From positions 1,123,183 to 1,187,182 of the forward strand of contig NW_003314317.1 in assembly GCF_000143415.4 (NCBI RefSeq): a DNA stretch of 64,000 nucleotides, read 5' to 3'. The notes under the pieces were generated by a model that made no database searches, was not told where the DNA came from, and worked only from the letters and a program-made list of their open reading frames with translations. The position numbers were made by a program, and so were the translations under genes. Below are positions 50,599-62,412 of this stretch, one piece after another. The number at the start of each line of letters is the position of its first letter. Within the stretch, counting starts at the first letter, position 1. The stretch comes from Selaginella moellendorffii. Taxonomy: Eukaryota > Plantae > Lycopodiophyta.

Positions 50599-53070
50599 AT
50601 GTTTTTAGGGCTGTTGCCCATGCTGGGGCATGGCGGATTGGAGCTCGGGAATCCGGCTCCTGGATCCCGGTACAGGACCCGCGGAGAGATCGCCGTGACG
50701 ATCGGCGCTCTCAAGGTATGCTCGGGGGATTTAGAACGGGGTAAGATGCTTCATCTCGATGCGATCGAGAGTGGGATTCACACGCACCCTCACGTCGCGG
50801 CGGCGCTGGTGAGCATGTATGCGAGGTGTGGGAGCTTGGCGGAGGCGCACAGGGTTTTCGAAGAGATGCCTCGGCGTAATGTGGTCTCTTGGAACGCATT
50901 GATTCAGGGGTATGCCGAGAATGGACAGGAGAATTTGGCTATGGAATCGTTCGTGGTAATGCAGGACAGGGAAGGACTTTGTCCGAATTCTCAGACTTTT
51001 GTGGCGGTTCTCAAGGCTTGCACCAACATGGCAACTAAAGGAGAGAGAGCAGGCGATGGGGTCTCGGTGAAAGAACAGGCTTTAGAGAAGGGGATGGCGC
51101 TTCACTCTCACGCAACAGTCAGTGGATTCGAGTTGAATGAGTTTGTGGCGAACAGTCTTGTGGAGATGTACGCGAAGTCTGGAAGCATGGAGGATGCGAG
51201 CCGAGTTTTCTTCGGGATGAAATCACGGAGCGTCGTTTCGTGGACTGCTATGATACTTGGTTTCGCAGAAAATGGTGAAGAAGAACTTGCTCTGGAGCTG
51301 TTCGACCTCATGCTAGAGACTCAAAGTTGCCGGCCAGATGCGCTTACATTTGTTGCTGCTATCAAGGGCTGCACACGCTTAGCTATCAAGGAAGAAGGGA
51401 GGCTGATCGGGAAGAGCCTTGTCAAAGTCACAAGTCTGGAGAAAGGCAAGATCGTCCACACTAGAGCTAGAAACAGCGGCTGCCAGTCGAGCATTGTTTT
51501 GGAGAGCGCACTTGTGGACATGTACTCGAAGTGTGGCAGCATGGTGGATGCACGAAGGGTCTTTGACAGCGCGAAGTGTCACAACGTTGTGTCCTGGAAC
51601 TCACTGATACAGGGATATGTCGAAAACGGGGAAGAAGATTTGGCTCTTGAGTCACTCCTTCGCATGCAAGCGGAAGAGAACTGTCAGCCAGATGCTCGCA
51701 CGTTTGTCGCAGCTTTTAAAGCATGCGGTGGCTTGGCGGCGAAAGAGAATGGCAAGAAGCTGGACGATCTTCCAAAGCTGGTGAAGGTTCAGTCTCTAGA
51801 GAAAGGCATGGCCTTGCACGCTCGGCTGGCAAAGAGCACTTGCGGCCCGGACGTGTTCCTGACGAATACCTTGGTAGACATGTACGCTCGGTGCAGAAGC
51901 ATGCAAGACTCTCAGAAGGCATTCGATCAAAGTTCCCATCATACTACAGTTTCGTGGAACGCCTTGATTCTTGGATACGCAGAAAACGGGGAAGGCGAAG
52001 CTGCTCTCGAGTTTTTTCAACAAATGTTAGCAGCAGGGGAGTGTCCACCGGATTGTCTCACGTACGTTGCCGCGCTCAAAGCTTGCAACACCGTAGCAGT
52101 GACGGAGAAACAACTTGTAAATGGTAAGCCACATAACTGGAGATCACTTGAGACTAAATTTGCTATCCACTCGCATGCCTGTGCTCACCCTGACGTGTTT
52201 CTCGCCAACACACTTGTGGATGCTTATGCGAGCTCTGGAAACATGTTCGATGCTCGCAGGGTATTCGAGAGTATGAACTTTCGTACTCTTGTTTCCTGGA
52301 ACACTCTATTGCATGCATATGCTGACTGCGGGCAGGTAGAAGAAACTCTGGAGCTGTTTCCTTGGATGAAGAAGGACGGATACAGGCCAGATTGTCGAAC
52401 TTTTGCTGCTCTACTCAAGGCCTGTGGACTCTTGGTGACTTTGAGTATTGGGAAAGCAGTCTACAGAGATATATGCCGAAGTGGTTTCGAGGACGACATG
52501 GTTTTACTCACGGCATCGGTGGACATGTTTGGGAAATGTGGGAGCATGGCCGAGGCACAACATATCTGCGATTCTAGCACAAGTTCTGAAGTTGTGACCG
52601 CACTAGTAGTCGGATACAGTCGACAAGGAGACGTTGGACGTGTTTTGGGCCTGTATCATCAGATGAGGGACGAAGGTGTGAAGATCACCAGTAATTGCTT
52701 CGTGTCAGTTCTCGCTGCATGCAGCCACGGTGGCCTCGTTGAAACCGGCAAGAAGATTTTCCGGACAATGACCTCCCAAGAGTTTGGAATTGTCCCGGGA
52801 ATGGAGCACTACGTCTGTATGGTGGATGTCCTCGGCCGCGCTAATCAACTCGACGAGGCAGTCGAAATGGTGAAGAGGATGCCTTTCGACGCAAACGCCA
52901 TGATCTGGATGACAGTTCTTGCTGCATGCTGCAAGTGGAACAATTTGGAAACTGGAAGGCTGGCCTTCGACAGATTGGTCAGTTTAGATGCAAGCAACGG
53001 AGCAGCTTACACCTTGATGGCCAACCTCTGCAAGAACAGTGATCACCAGGAGCTTTCGAATCACCAGTAG
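50599..53070 (+). CDS. PLS-class PPR protein with truncated E domain
   Basis: Intronless; repeated [18 protein letters not shown] motifs; ACSHGG...[13 protein letters not shown]; ends shortly after AAYTLMAN, with no DYW domain. Confidence 0.93.
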   Translation: MFLGLLPMLGHGGLELGNPAPGSRYRTRGEIAVTIGALKVCSGDLERGKMLHLDAIESGIHTHPHVAAALVSMYARCGSLAEAHRVFEEMPRRNVVSWNALIQGYAENGQENLAMESFVVMQDREGLCPNSQTFVAVLKACTNMATKGERAGDGVSVKEQALEKGMALHSHATVSGFELNEFVANSLVEMYAKSGSMEDASRVFFGMKSRSVVSWTAMILGFAENGEEELALELFDLMLETQSCRPDALTFVAAIKGCTRLAIKEEGRLIGKSLVKVTSLEKGKIVHTRARNSGCQSSIVLESALVDMYSKCGSMVDARRVFDSAKCHNVVSWNSLIQGYVENGEEDLALESLLRMQAEENCQPDARTFVAAFKACGGLAAKENGKKLDDLPKLVKVQSLEKGMALHARLAKSTCGPDVFLTNTLVDMYARCRSMQDSQKAFDQSSHHTTVSWNALILGYAENGEGEAALEFFQQMLAAGECPPDCLTYVAALKACNTVAVTEKQLVNGKPHNWRSLETKFAIHSHACAHPDVFLANTLVDAYASSGNMFDARRVFESMNFRTLVSWNTLLHAYADCGQVEETLELFPWMKKDGYRPDCRTFAALLKACGLLVTLSIGKAVYRDICRSGFEDDMVLLTASVDMFGKCGSMAEAQHICDSSTSSEVVTALVVGYSRQGDVGRVLGLYHQMRDEGVKITSNCFVSVLAACSHGGLVETGKKIFRTMTSQEFGIVPGMEHYVCMVDVLGRANQLDEAVEMVKRMPFDANAMIWMTVLAACCKWNNLETGRLAFDRLVSLDASNGAAYTLMANLCKNSDHQELSNHQ

Positions 53071-53381
53071 TCACCGCAAGAACAGGTACCATTCTCAAAG
53101 TTATGGAACCTGTATCCATCACGAACTATGATTTCTCGCTGCAGCAACTTGGAGAAACTTGGTAGCTGGAAGGCTGGCCTTCGACAGATTGGTCAGTTTA
53201 GATGCAAGCAACGGAGCAACTTACACCTTGATGGCCAACCTCTGCAAGAACAGTGATCACCAGGAGCTTTCGAATCACCAGTAGTCACCGCAAGAACAGG
53301 TACCGTTCTCAAAGTTATGGAACCTGTATCCATCACGAACTATGATTTCTCGCTGCAGCAACTTGGACAGAAACTTGGTAG
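52952..53381. repeat. Tandem duplication (214 + 216 bp) of the PPR/PPR tail-to-tail junction
   Basis: CTGGAAGGCTGGCC...GAAACTTGGTAG occurs at 52952-53165 and 53166-53381. Confidence 0.93.
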
Positions 53382-56196
53382 CAGTGTGACAATCCGAGCA
53401 GACACGCAAGTTCTTCATTATCCTAATCGGCGTCCCCGGCTCACAGGCGATGCTTGCAAACGCTATGGCGAGCTTCTCGCTATGGTAACTCAGCAACACC
53501 TCCTTCTCCTCGTCCAGGACGCTGTGAAGAACAGCCTTGGTGTCCGGCTGGTAGCCGGCCTTCTTCATCAACTCCTGGAGTCTGCTAAGCTCGGACAGAA
53601 TCTCCTGGTGCCGGGGATGCGAAGCCTCTCCAGCAACGAACCTGTGAAGAACGCCGTCGACTCTGATCAAGCTCACTCCCGGCTGCTTCTTCACACCCCG
53701 AGCTTTCATCCGGTTCCTCACAGCAAGCGCATCGGCCACTCGACCAACGGAAGAGTACATGTTGGCCAGAAGAACGTAAGGCCCGGAGCTCTGATCATCA
53801 AACTGGAGCAAGCTCTCGGCAGCCCGGGTTCCCAGCTTCACGTCACTGTGAGTTTTGCAAGAACCAAGCAATGATCCCCAGGCTCCAACGTCGGGGATAA
53901 ACGGCATGGTCTCCAGGAGCTCTCTGGCCGCTCCGAGCTGCCCCGCGCGTCCCAAAACATCCACCATTCGGCAGTAGTGCTCTCGCCAAGGGATCAAACC
54001 ATGGTCTCCTTGCATGGAAGTGAAATGCGTCCATCCTTCCTCGACCAGGCCAACATGACTACACGCTATCAAAATTCCCATGAAGGTGATATGGTCGGGC
54101 TTGGCTCCTTCGTTCCTCATCACGTACAAGTACCGTACTGCGGCCATTCCGTGGCCACAGCTGGCCATACCAGCAATGAGGGAGTTCCAGGACACGACGT
54201 TTCGGTACGGCATTTTGGCGAATAGCTCTTGGGCCTCCGCGAGGCGTCCGTGCTGGGCCAGCATGGCCACCATGGCCGTCCACGTCACGGTATCTTTCTC
54301 GTCCATGGAGTAGAATATGCGCCTTGCCTCCGCGAGGTCCATGTTGTGGGCATATGCCACGACCATCACGTTGTGTGAGACGACGTTCTTGTGTGGGATC
54401 GAATCAAAAATGGACTTCGCCTCGTCAAGATTCCCGGCTTGGGCATATGCCGCGACCATGGTGTTCCACGAGACCAGAGTCTTTTGCTTGATGCTATCAA
54501 ACATCGCCTTTGCGTGATCGAGCATTTGGGCGCTCGAGTAAGCCTCCATCATCGCATTGCAAGCTATCACGTCGGGGTTCTTGATTGAATCAAACATCTC
54601 TCGCGCATCTTTGATATACCCGTTTTGGGCATATGCAACGATCATGGATGTCCGAGTGCTTTGATCTGGATCCGGCAAGGTATCGAGCATCTTTCTCGCT
54701 TGGACGACCTCCCCGTTCTGGCTGTAAGCGATGATCATGGCCGTGTGTGACACGCGGTTTCTCTCGGGCATGAGAGCGTACACTCGCTTGGACTCGGTCA
54801 GCTGCCCGTTGACTCCGTACGCCTGGATCAGAGCCGTCCATGCCACGAGATCGCGCTCCGGAATGAGGTCGTACAGCACCTCCGCCTCCTCGAGCTGCCC
54901 GTTCTGGCCGCTGACCGCAATGAGAGCCGTCCACGCCACGACGTCGTGACGTGGCATTCTCTCGAACGTGGATCTTGCCAGGTGGACGTGCCCGGCCTGG
55001 GCGTACGCCGAGAGCAGCGCGTTCCACGACACCTCCTCGCGGCGTGGCATCTCGTCGAATATCCTCCTTGCCTGTCCGGGCTGAAGGCTCTGGGAATATG
55101 CCGCGATCATGGAGTTGAACGCCACCACCCCGCGCTGGGGCATTTTCGAAAACGCCAGCTCAGCTTCCCGCGCGCCGCACTTGTGGGCGTACGCTCCAAT
55201 CAGCGCGTTCCACGACACGTCGTCTCGCCGGGCAGCCCTGTCGAATATCCTCCGCGCCTCTTCCACAAGGCCATGGCGCGAGTAGGCCGAGAGCATGCTC
55301 GTCCATAGCGTGGGATCTTGCTGGGGCATTCTTCGCGAAAGATTCTCGGCCTCGCCAATCTTCCCCTGGTCGATGTAGATCTGGATCATGAAGCTGTAGC
55401 TCACGGCGTTGCGATCGGGCATGGCGGTGAAGATCTCCACGGCGTGGCCGAGGATCTCCTGGACGGCACAGGCCTTGATCATCAGCGTACACGACACGAT
55501 GTCCTGCTGCGGCGTTCGATCGAAGAGCTCCTTGGCGGAATCAAGGTCGCCCGACTGGGCATAGGCGGTGAGCATTGCATTCCAGGAGATTTTGTCCCTC
55601 CCTGGCGCGCGATCGAACACGCCCTTGGCCTCTGGGATCATCCTGTTGTCGGAGTATCCAGTGATAAGCGCGTTCCAGGAGATTACGTTGTGTTCGGGCG
55701 TGCGATCGAACATCGCGGTGGCGCCGGCAAGATCCCCGCTCTGGGCGTAGCCCGTGATCATGGAATTCCACGACGAGGAGCTCCAACGCGGCATCCTGGC
55801 GAAGATCTCGTCGGCATTGGACATGAATCCATGCTGCGAGAAGCCGGCGATGAGGCTGTTCCAGGAAACCACATTGTGGGAAGGGATTTGGTCGAAGATT
55901 GCCTTGGCGCTGCCAAGATCGCCATTCTCGGAGTAAACTTGCATGAGGATACAGCGTGAGAAGACATTGGGCTCGGGCAATTCATTGAACACCGCCTGTG
56001 CATCATCGATCCGGCTACATTTGCCATACATTTGAATGATCAGATTTTGGAGGAATAGATTGCCCCGGTGCTCCCCATCCGCGATCTGGTTGTGGATCTT
56101 TCTACCCTGTGCGAGATCCTTAGCGATGCCACACGATCGTATTGCTGTGGCTAGTGCGTTCTGCAGCTCCCTGACCTGTGTTTTCAGCAAGGACAT
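53275..56196 (-). CDS. PLS(SS)-E-E+-DYW PPR protein, organellar C-to-U editing factor
   Basis: Long run of short S-type repeats, PG box (KKQPGVS), HSEKLA, KNLRVCSDCH and terminal CSCGDYW; first ATG at 56196. Confidence 0.96.
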   Translation of the reverse strand: MSLLKTQVRELQNALATAIRSCGIAKDLAQGRKIHNQIADGEHRGNLFLQNLIIQMYGKCSRIDDAQAVFNELPEPNVFSRCILMQVYSENGDLGSAKAIFDQIPSHNVVSWNSLIAGFSQHGFMSNADEIFARMPRWSSSSWNSMITGYAQSGDLAGATAMFDRTPEHNVISWNALITGYSDNRMIPEAKGVFDRAPGRDKISWNAMLTAYAQSGDLDSAKELFDRTPQQDIVSCTLMIKACAVQEILGHAVEIFTAMPDRNAVSYSFMIQIYIDQGKIGEAENLSRRMPQQDPTLWTSMLSAYSRHGLVEEARRIFDRAARRDDVSWNALIGAYAHKCGAREAELAFSKMPQRGVVAFNSMIAAYSQSLQPGQARRIFDEMPRREEVSWNALLSAYAQAGHVHLARSTFERMPRHDVVAWTALIAVSGQNGQLEEAEVLYDLIPERDLVAWTALIQAYGVNGQLTESKRVYALMPERNRVSHTAMIIAYSQNGEVVQARKMLDTLPDPDQSTRTSMIVAYAQNGYIKDAREMFDSIKNPDVIACNAMMEAYSSAQMLDHAKAMFDSIKQKTLVSWNTMVAAYAQAGNLDEAKSIFDSIPHKNVVSHNVMVVAYAHNMDLAEARRIFYSMDEKDTVTWTAMVAMLAQHGRLAEAQELFAKMPYRNVVSWNSLIAGMASCGHGMAAVRYLYVMRNEGAKPDHITFMGILIACSHVGLVEEGWTHFTSMQGDHGLIPWREHYCRMVDVLGRAGQLGAARELLETMPFIPDVGAWGSLLGSCKTHSDVKLGTRAAESLLQFDDQSSGPYVLLANMYSSVGRVADALAVRNRMKARGVKKQPGVSLIRVDGVLHRFVAGEASHPRHQEILSELSRLQELMKKAGYQPDTKAVLHSVLDEEKEVLLSYHSEKLAIAFASIACEPGTPIRIMKNLRVCSDCHTATKFLSKLLQREIIVRDGYRFHNFENGTCSCGDYW

Positions 56197-58257
56197 AGAT
56201 TTCAAAAGCTAAACCCGGTTGATCCATATTATGGATAAAGAAAAGGTGGTAATATAAACTAATATATTTCCTTACTGAATTTTTAAGAAATAGTAAATAA
56301 CTTTTTTTTCTCTAACTTCAATTAATAATATCATATTTATCTAAGTAAAAGATAAAATATTTTATGGGTTACTAGTAATGCCTGACAAATACTGGCTGGA
56401 TAAATAAGTTTTAACTAACCTTGGAATTTAGATTTTAATTAATAATAAAATATTAAAATATGGAAACAAAAGAATTGGAACTAGCATGGGACAATTTTAA
56501 TAATGTATTGCATTTTATTAAGTTTTATTTACTTAAGTTACTTGTTGTTGCATGCACTTATGCTTAGAGGCTTACCATTCCTAATCTCGATCCTCATGCT
56601 AAAAGTGTCAATTCTAACATCTCATCAACTTGATATGCATGAGATTAAAAACAAAAGTTATTATCATTCCATCTCTAAGAAAAAGAGAATATTTTGCATT
56701 GATCCTTTAACTTGGTTCATTTCAAACAACACTCCATCACCTCTATTACCCCCGCCCCCCCCAGATAGATGCTCTAGATAACAAATTCTATCAAGTGAAG
56801 AGTGGCCATTGGCTTAAAAAATGTTACTTGTATTAAACACCACATATTATCTTGTGATATGTCATTGATGTGACACTTTGCTATGTGGAAAAAACATTAA
56901 GAAATATCAACCAAAAAATGTTATTTATATAGTGGCAATACTGAATCAAAAGTTGAAGTAATCCACATGTCATTTGGTTGCTATAAGAATGTTGTAAAAA
57001 TGCATGTTAAAAGAAAATTATATACTTGTAAGTAGATGTAATTCCAATGGTAGATGTTGCATGTTCGTGTGAACTGGAAGAGTGTTAGTATGATATAGAC
57101 ATTAGCGAACTCTTTTACAAGAGTATTTGATCATGATATATTAGTTAAAAGAGACAAATAAAAGAAGTAAACATACCACTAATATCAAGTATGTTATTGG
57201 AATTTTATCAATTGTAATGCAAATTAAATTGTCATTTGAAAGTAAAAGTGTAATATACCACTAATGTCAGGAGTGCCAAGTTCACATTAACTATAGGGCA
57301 AATTTGATTAATCAAAGAAGAAAACAATGTATGAACCATTAGATTATGCAATCCAAGAATATTGTGGTGCTTGGTGATAGTAGGTTTTGTTACAACATAG
57401 TTCATAGTTATTTTTATTTTTATTCCTTGATATAGCATGCTTATAATGTTATAGATAAATTTTGATTATTATAAGTTTAAGAATTGGCTATATATATTGT
57501 CAACCTTGTGAACTAGTGATGTAGTAGAAATATAGTCAATTGCATCATCACTTGAAGACAACACATATACTTTCCATTATTGGAAAAACAAAGAACTTTA
57601 GGAATGTTGAAAGTATAAGAAATATATCATCAATGGAGCAAATTCATGTATGAATATAAATATGTTACATAGAAACAACCAATAGAAATAATGCAGCTTG
57701 TCTATGAGAGATGAGGTTGTATTAGTACAAACATAATTTTATAAATTACAACTAGGGAATGTATCTAGTGTTATTATATATAGGTATATATAGTTTCTAG
57801 AAAGGCTCAGTTCAATGTTTTAAACAAAGCTTGGTTGGTATACAAGCTCCTTAGGTTTCTCTGTAGCCTATCATTTCTAGAAAGGCTTGAAAAATTAGTG
57901 TTTTAAATGTCATGCATGCTCACTAATAGCAATTGGTAGAATGCCATGTTTTCTTCCTCCAATAGCACACCAAGGATCAAGGAACATAAATAGTAGCAAA
58001 GGAGCTAGCTATGTTTGAGCATTCCATCTATAAAAAAATAAAGAATAAATTTATATCCACCTTACTATGTAAAAGGTGGCACAACTCTTTATCATTCTCC
58101 AAGAAACCTTTTAACACTAATAAATTGGATGAGCATAAATTTTGTGGATAGAACAATAGAGTTAAATCACTCTTGTGCAACAAGAATATTAAAGGATTAA
58201 ACTACCACTCATTTACCTAGAGAATTGAATTTGTTTTTAAAAAAGTCTATAGTAATA

Positions 58258-58958
58258 TATAGGCAACCAAAGGGAATAACTCAAGAGATATTTATAAAGG
58301 TTCAAATATAAAGAGAAAGGGTGCACCTTTTTTTTCCAATTAATTAAAGATCTTGGGATATTTGAAGTTAATTGTCTTTGGGTTTAAATAGTACTGGATT
58401 GGATGACTTCCCAGAAAATCCAAATCCACTAGCTTCCATTTGGTATTCCATTTGGTATTAAAGGTTTCAGATCCGACTCAATTGATTGGTTAAGGGAATC
58501 ACACTATATGTTGAGATTGACATCTAGCAAATTTAGTTTACCTCTGACTATGCTCGACCTAAAGAGTAGGGTGTCAAAAGAGCAGGGCTCTTAAAAAGGT
58601 TGTAATTTTAAGCTTCCACTCACGAGAGCGTGAACTTTGTAACCACATGTTAAAATTAGCATCTAGCAAATCTAATTTGCCTCCAATTAAGTTTAACCCG
58701 AGGGGTAGGGTGTTAAAAGAGCAAGGCTTTCTGAAAAGTTGTAACTCTTACCTTTCATTCATAAAAGTGTGAATAAAAGGGAACAACTAAAAAGATAATT
58801 CATAAGGGTTCAAATATAGAAAGAAAGGGCATATGAATAAGAGTGCACCTCCTTTTTTAATTGATTAAAAGTCTTGGGATATTTAAGGTTAAATATCCTT
58901 GGGTTTAAATAGTACTATGTTAGGTGACCTCCTGATAAATCCAAATCTAACAGCTTAT
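58258..58958 (+). mobile_element. Degraded Cassandra element with duplicated internal segment
   Basis: Two decayed 5S-bearing LTRs (~58258-58438 and ~58780-58958), TGGTATT PBS relics, and the interior GGGTGTCAAAAGAGC present twice. Confidence 0.8.
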
Positions 58959-59340
58959 ATGATAATAGAAGTGTTAACAATATACTATATCAATTGATTT
59001 CTTATGGCACTCAATTTCTGGATAACATGAGGTTAAGTATCCTTGGGTGTAAAAAGTATTGCGTTAGGTGACCTCCTAGAAAGTTTAAATCCAACAATTT
59101 ACATAATAATAGAAGTATTAACAACATACTAGATCAATTCATTTCTTTTAGCACTCAATTGGGTTGAGTGACCTCCTAAGAAGTCCAAATAGAAGTATTA
59201 ACAATATACTAGATCAATTGATTTCTTATAGCACTCAACTAGGTTGAGTGACCTCACGAAAAGTCCAAATCTAACAGTTTATATAATAATAAAAGTGTTA
59301 ACAACATACTAGATCAATTAATTTTTTATAGCACTCAACT
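58900..59340 (+). repeat. Minisatellite built from the Cassandra LTR 3' end plus flank
   Basis: Four GTGACCTC...AAGTCCAAAT-type segments alternate with AGAAGT(G/A)TTAACAA(C/T)ATACTAGATCAATT...GCACTCAA. Confidence 0.75.
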
Positions 59341-60777
59341 GCTGTATAATATGACCATGGCACTCTACTACTACCTAGAGTGCTAATCACACTCCACTAC
59401 TCTAGAGTGTTTGCTCCACTGTTAATATAGCATGACAAAGGACAATCACTCAACATTCCCATTCATAAACCATAGAGCTCCTTGGCCACCATCACTAGCA
59501 CTTGGTGGCCGCTAATAAACATCTTTGTGCTTGAGTGACACAAACTCTTACACCTTTATCTCTAGCCCTGGGTGTTTCCTCCCCCACTTCCCCTAGAAAG
59601 TTCATAGTTGAAGAGCTGCAGTAAAGAGGGGTTTTATCCCTTAAAACAAATAGGTGTTGCTCACACCATTGCCTATTGGACGACCCAACCTTGCAAATAT
59701 TTTTCAAAAGGACGTGCAATAAAAAAGTAATGTTTATTGGGTTACCCACATCCAATAGCACTAATTAGCCAAATCAAACAACCCACAAATTTGATTTAGT
59801 AGATGTAGATTAAAAAAATTAACACTAAGCTAATCTAGATTAAGATAAAAATCAGGTTTGTGGACCATACTAAGTGGTAACTTTTATCTCTTATTTGAAA
59901 CTTTGTATAATGGCAAGGGAATGTGGTCCTCCTCCATGGCTAGAGGAGCAATTGGCATTGGTGTTTGTGCAACTTGCACAAAATCATGTAGGCATATAAT
60001 AAGTGTTGCAAGCATTTAACAATGAACTATACTAGTTACAATCCTTGTCTTCATCTGACACTAGTTAGATTATTAATAAAGGATGCATACTCTTAGATTG
60101 AGCATTTGGCATAGTGGCTACTAAAATAGTTAGGATGATGTGGTGAAGCTTTATGAACTTCCTTTATACTTGTAAAGTAATATAGCCTTAAAGTTTGCAA
60201 ACTTTATAACACCTCATGATGATGTCCTTAAATTGTAACATCAATAAGGTCAAAATGCAATCTTCTTTGGAGAAGGCATGAAGAATTTCTCAAGTGGATC
60301 AAGTTGGGTTTTCTTTATTATTTTTGGCCAAAATGTAGTGTTTGTTTGTGGCCATCATCCATAACATGAAGGAGGTAAAGTTCTTAATGCCATATCCATG
60401 TGGCATACATTCCTTTCCTCATCCTACACTTAACAAATCTTTGATACCAATGGAGGTGGACACTCCAACCATTTCAGTGGCACATGAACAAAATAGCTAT
60501 GACAACTAGGGTAAGCACGCTTATGGTTAGGTGAGGAAAGAATAGAGGATGTGTTCATAGATTATAATGTTATAATTGTTAAAGTTGAGGGCATATCATG
60601 GTAAACTATAGCAATTGCATCAGATGTTGAAAATGCATACGTAATTTGTAAAATAAACTATAACTAAAGACAATCTTAATATAACTTAGTGACAATTAAG
60701 GATAATTGAGGATAACTAATTGAATACAACCAAAGACAAACTAGTCTATGTGGTGGCTTATTACTTCAATTATTTAG

Positions 60778-60835
60778 TGTAAGTAGCTAAAAAGAATGAC
60801 TCGAGATGATTCATAGGGTTCAAATATAAAGGGGT
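60778..60835 (+). mobile_element. Cassandra LTR 5' fragment
   Basis: TGTAAGTAGCTAAAAAGAATGACTCGAGATGATTCATAGGGTTCAAATATA matches the Cassandra LTR start. Confidence 0.6.
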
Positions 60836-60880
60836 AACAAACCAAAAGTTCTAGATATTTTCTAGATAAAATTGATCATT

Positions 60881-62412
60881 ATAACCTCTAGAGATTATAT
60901 ATTACCTGGCCATATAATGAAAGAAATTAAAATGGGGCTTCATCTTATTTGTGATCAAGCTTTGAAGCTTATCTCATGAAGCCTCTTAAGCTTGAGAGGC
61001 AAAAATATCACATCCCTAGAATTTGTCTTCTAGGAGCACTACACACTTCTTGCCACTCTTTTACCTTGCATCATCATGCATTAGAAAAAATCTATGGCAC
61101 TGAGAATTTTAGTGAAGCCTTGTAAGTGTGTCCACAATTTATTTAATCTATGATTGAGGTTGTGATGGGTAGATAGAAAAAGTCATGATGCCCCATCCGT
61201 AGCTTATTTTTAGCCATTCCATAGCCAATAAGATTCTAGAATATTCTATAACCAAATCAGTTTCTTTTTGGCCAATTTTTTTAAAAAGTAGTATGGAGTA
61301 AATAATGAAGATGTGCTTCATGCTAGCTTTATCTATGAATAAGTAATAAGGAATTCATTAATATCATTAATTCTTACATGTCCAAGTTTGTTATAACTTC
61401 TAAAATGGTTAGATATACAATATAAATAGGAGAAAATAATTCTTTATCAAGATTTATTTATCAATACTCTGAACTTCCTTTTGCAACTACTAACAATTTA
61501 GCAAAGCCTTTATCATTAGCTTTAAAGGTCTAAATTAAGAAAGCCACAGAAATGACAATTATCATCCTACTTTGCTTTACAAGACTAAAAATGAGACAAA
61601 AGACAAACAAACTCTTTAAACAATAGTATGAATGCAAGCAATAATTCAAGTTGATGAATTTAGAATATGAAACCTACTAAATGAAACCTTTTCACACTGC
61701 TAGCATTTATTGCAGGTTGTACTTTTAATGTCTAACATGGCTTTCTTATAACATCCATGGACATAAAAACTTGCTACTAGCTTGCCACAGCTCTTACATG
61801 GTCACCATGTAAATGGTCTCTAGTATAATAACCTTGATATTGCATAAATAAAAGAGAAAAAATAACATAATAGTGCTTGGTGCTCCCTTGCATGCCTCCT
61901 CTAAAGAAGCAACTTCTAACCTTTAGAGATTATATGGCTGGCAGGTGACATGAGCAAGAGAAGTTAGAATGAAGCTTCCTCTTATTTGTAATTGACCTCT
62001 TGAAACTCATCCAATGAAATGTCTCATTCATAACTAAACTTGTAAGACATACATATTATGTCCCCAGAACTTGTGTTCCAAGAGCATTACACACTTGGTT
62101 GCTCTACATCGTCACATGTTGGAAGAAATTTATGGCACTAAGAATCTTCATGAAGCCTCCTAGATACATCCACAACTTATTTAATTTACAATTAAGGACT
62201 ATAGTAAGCTAGCCAGTGCCACTAGGGCAAAGTTGTGCAATGACCAAACAGGAAAGCTCATGCCCTAATGGGCTATAATGCTCTATCCATGGCCCATTTG
62301 CATTCATTCCATAGCCAAGAAGATTCCAGCCTTGATGGGCTATGATGTCCATTAATAGCCCATTTGTAGCCATTCCATACGCAAAAAGATTCTAGTGAAT
62401 ATTTTATAACCA
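60881..62412. repeat. Degenerate direct repeat pair (~60881-61255 and ~61917-62412), likely TE relic
   Basis: Shared TAACCT.TAGAGATTATAT, CTTATTTGT, TATGGCACT.AGAAT and CATTCCATAGCCAA blocks. Confidence 0.6.

Noticed and set aside
53317-55959. Plus-strand ORFs antisense to the DYW PPR, and antisense ORFs in 43573-44920
   Set aside because: Shadow ORFs of GC-rich coding sequence.
59400-60600. Possible DNA-transposase (hAT-like) relic; similar hints at 34400-36600
   Set aside because: Too degraded; motif order and termini could not be established by eye.
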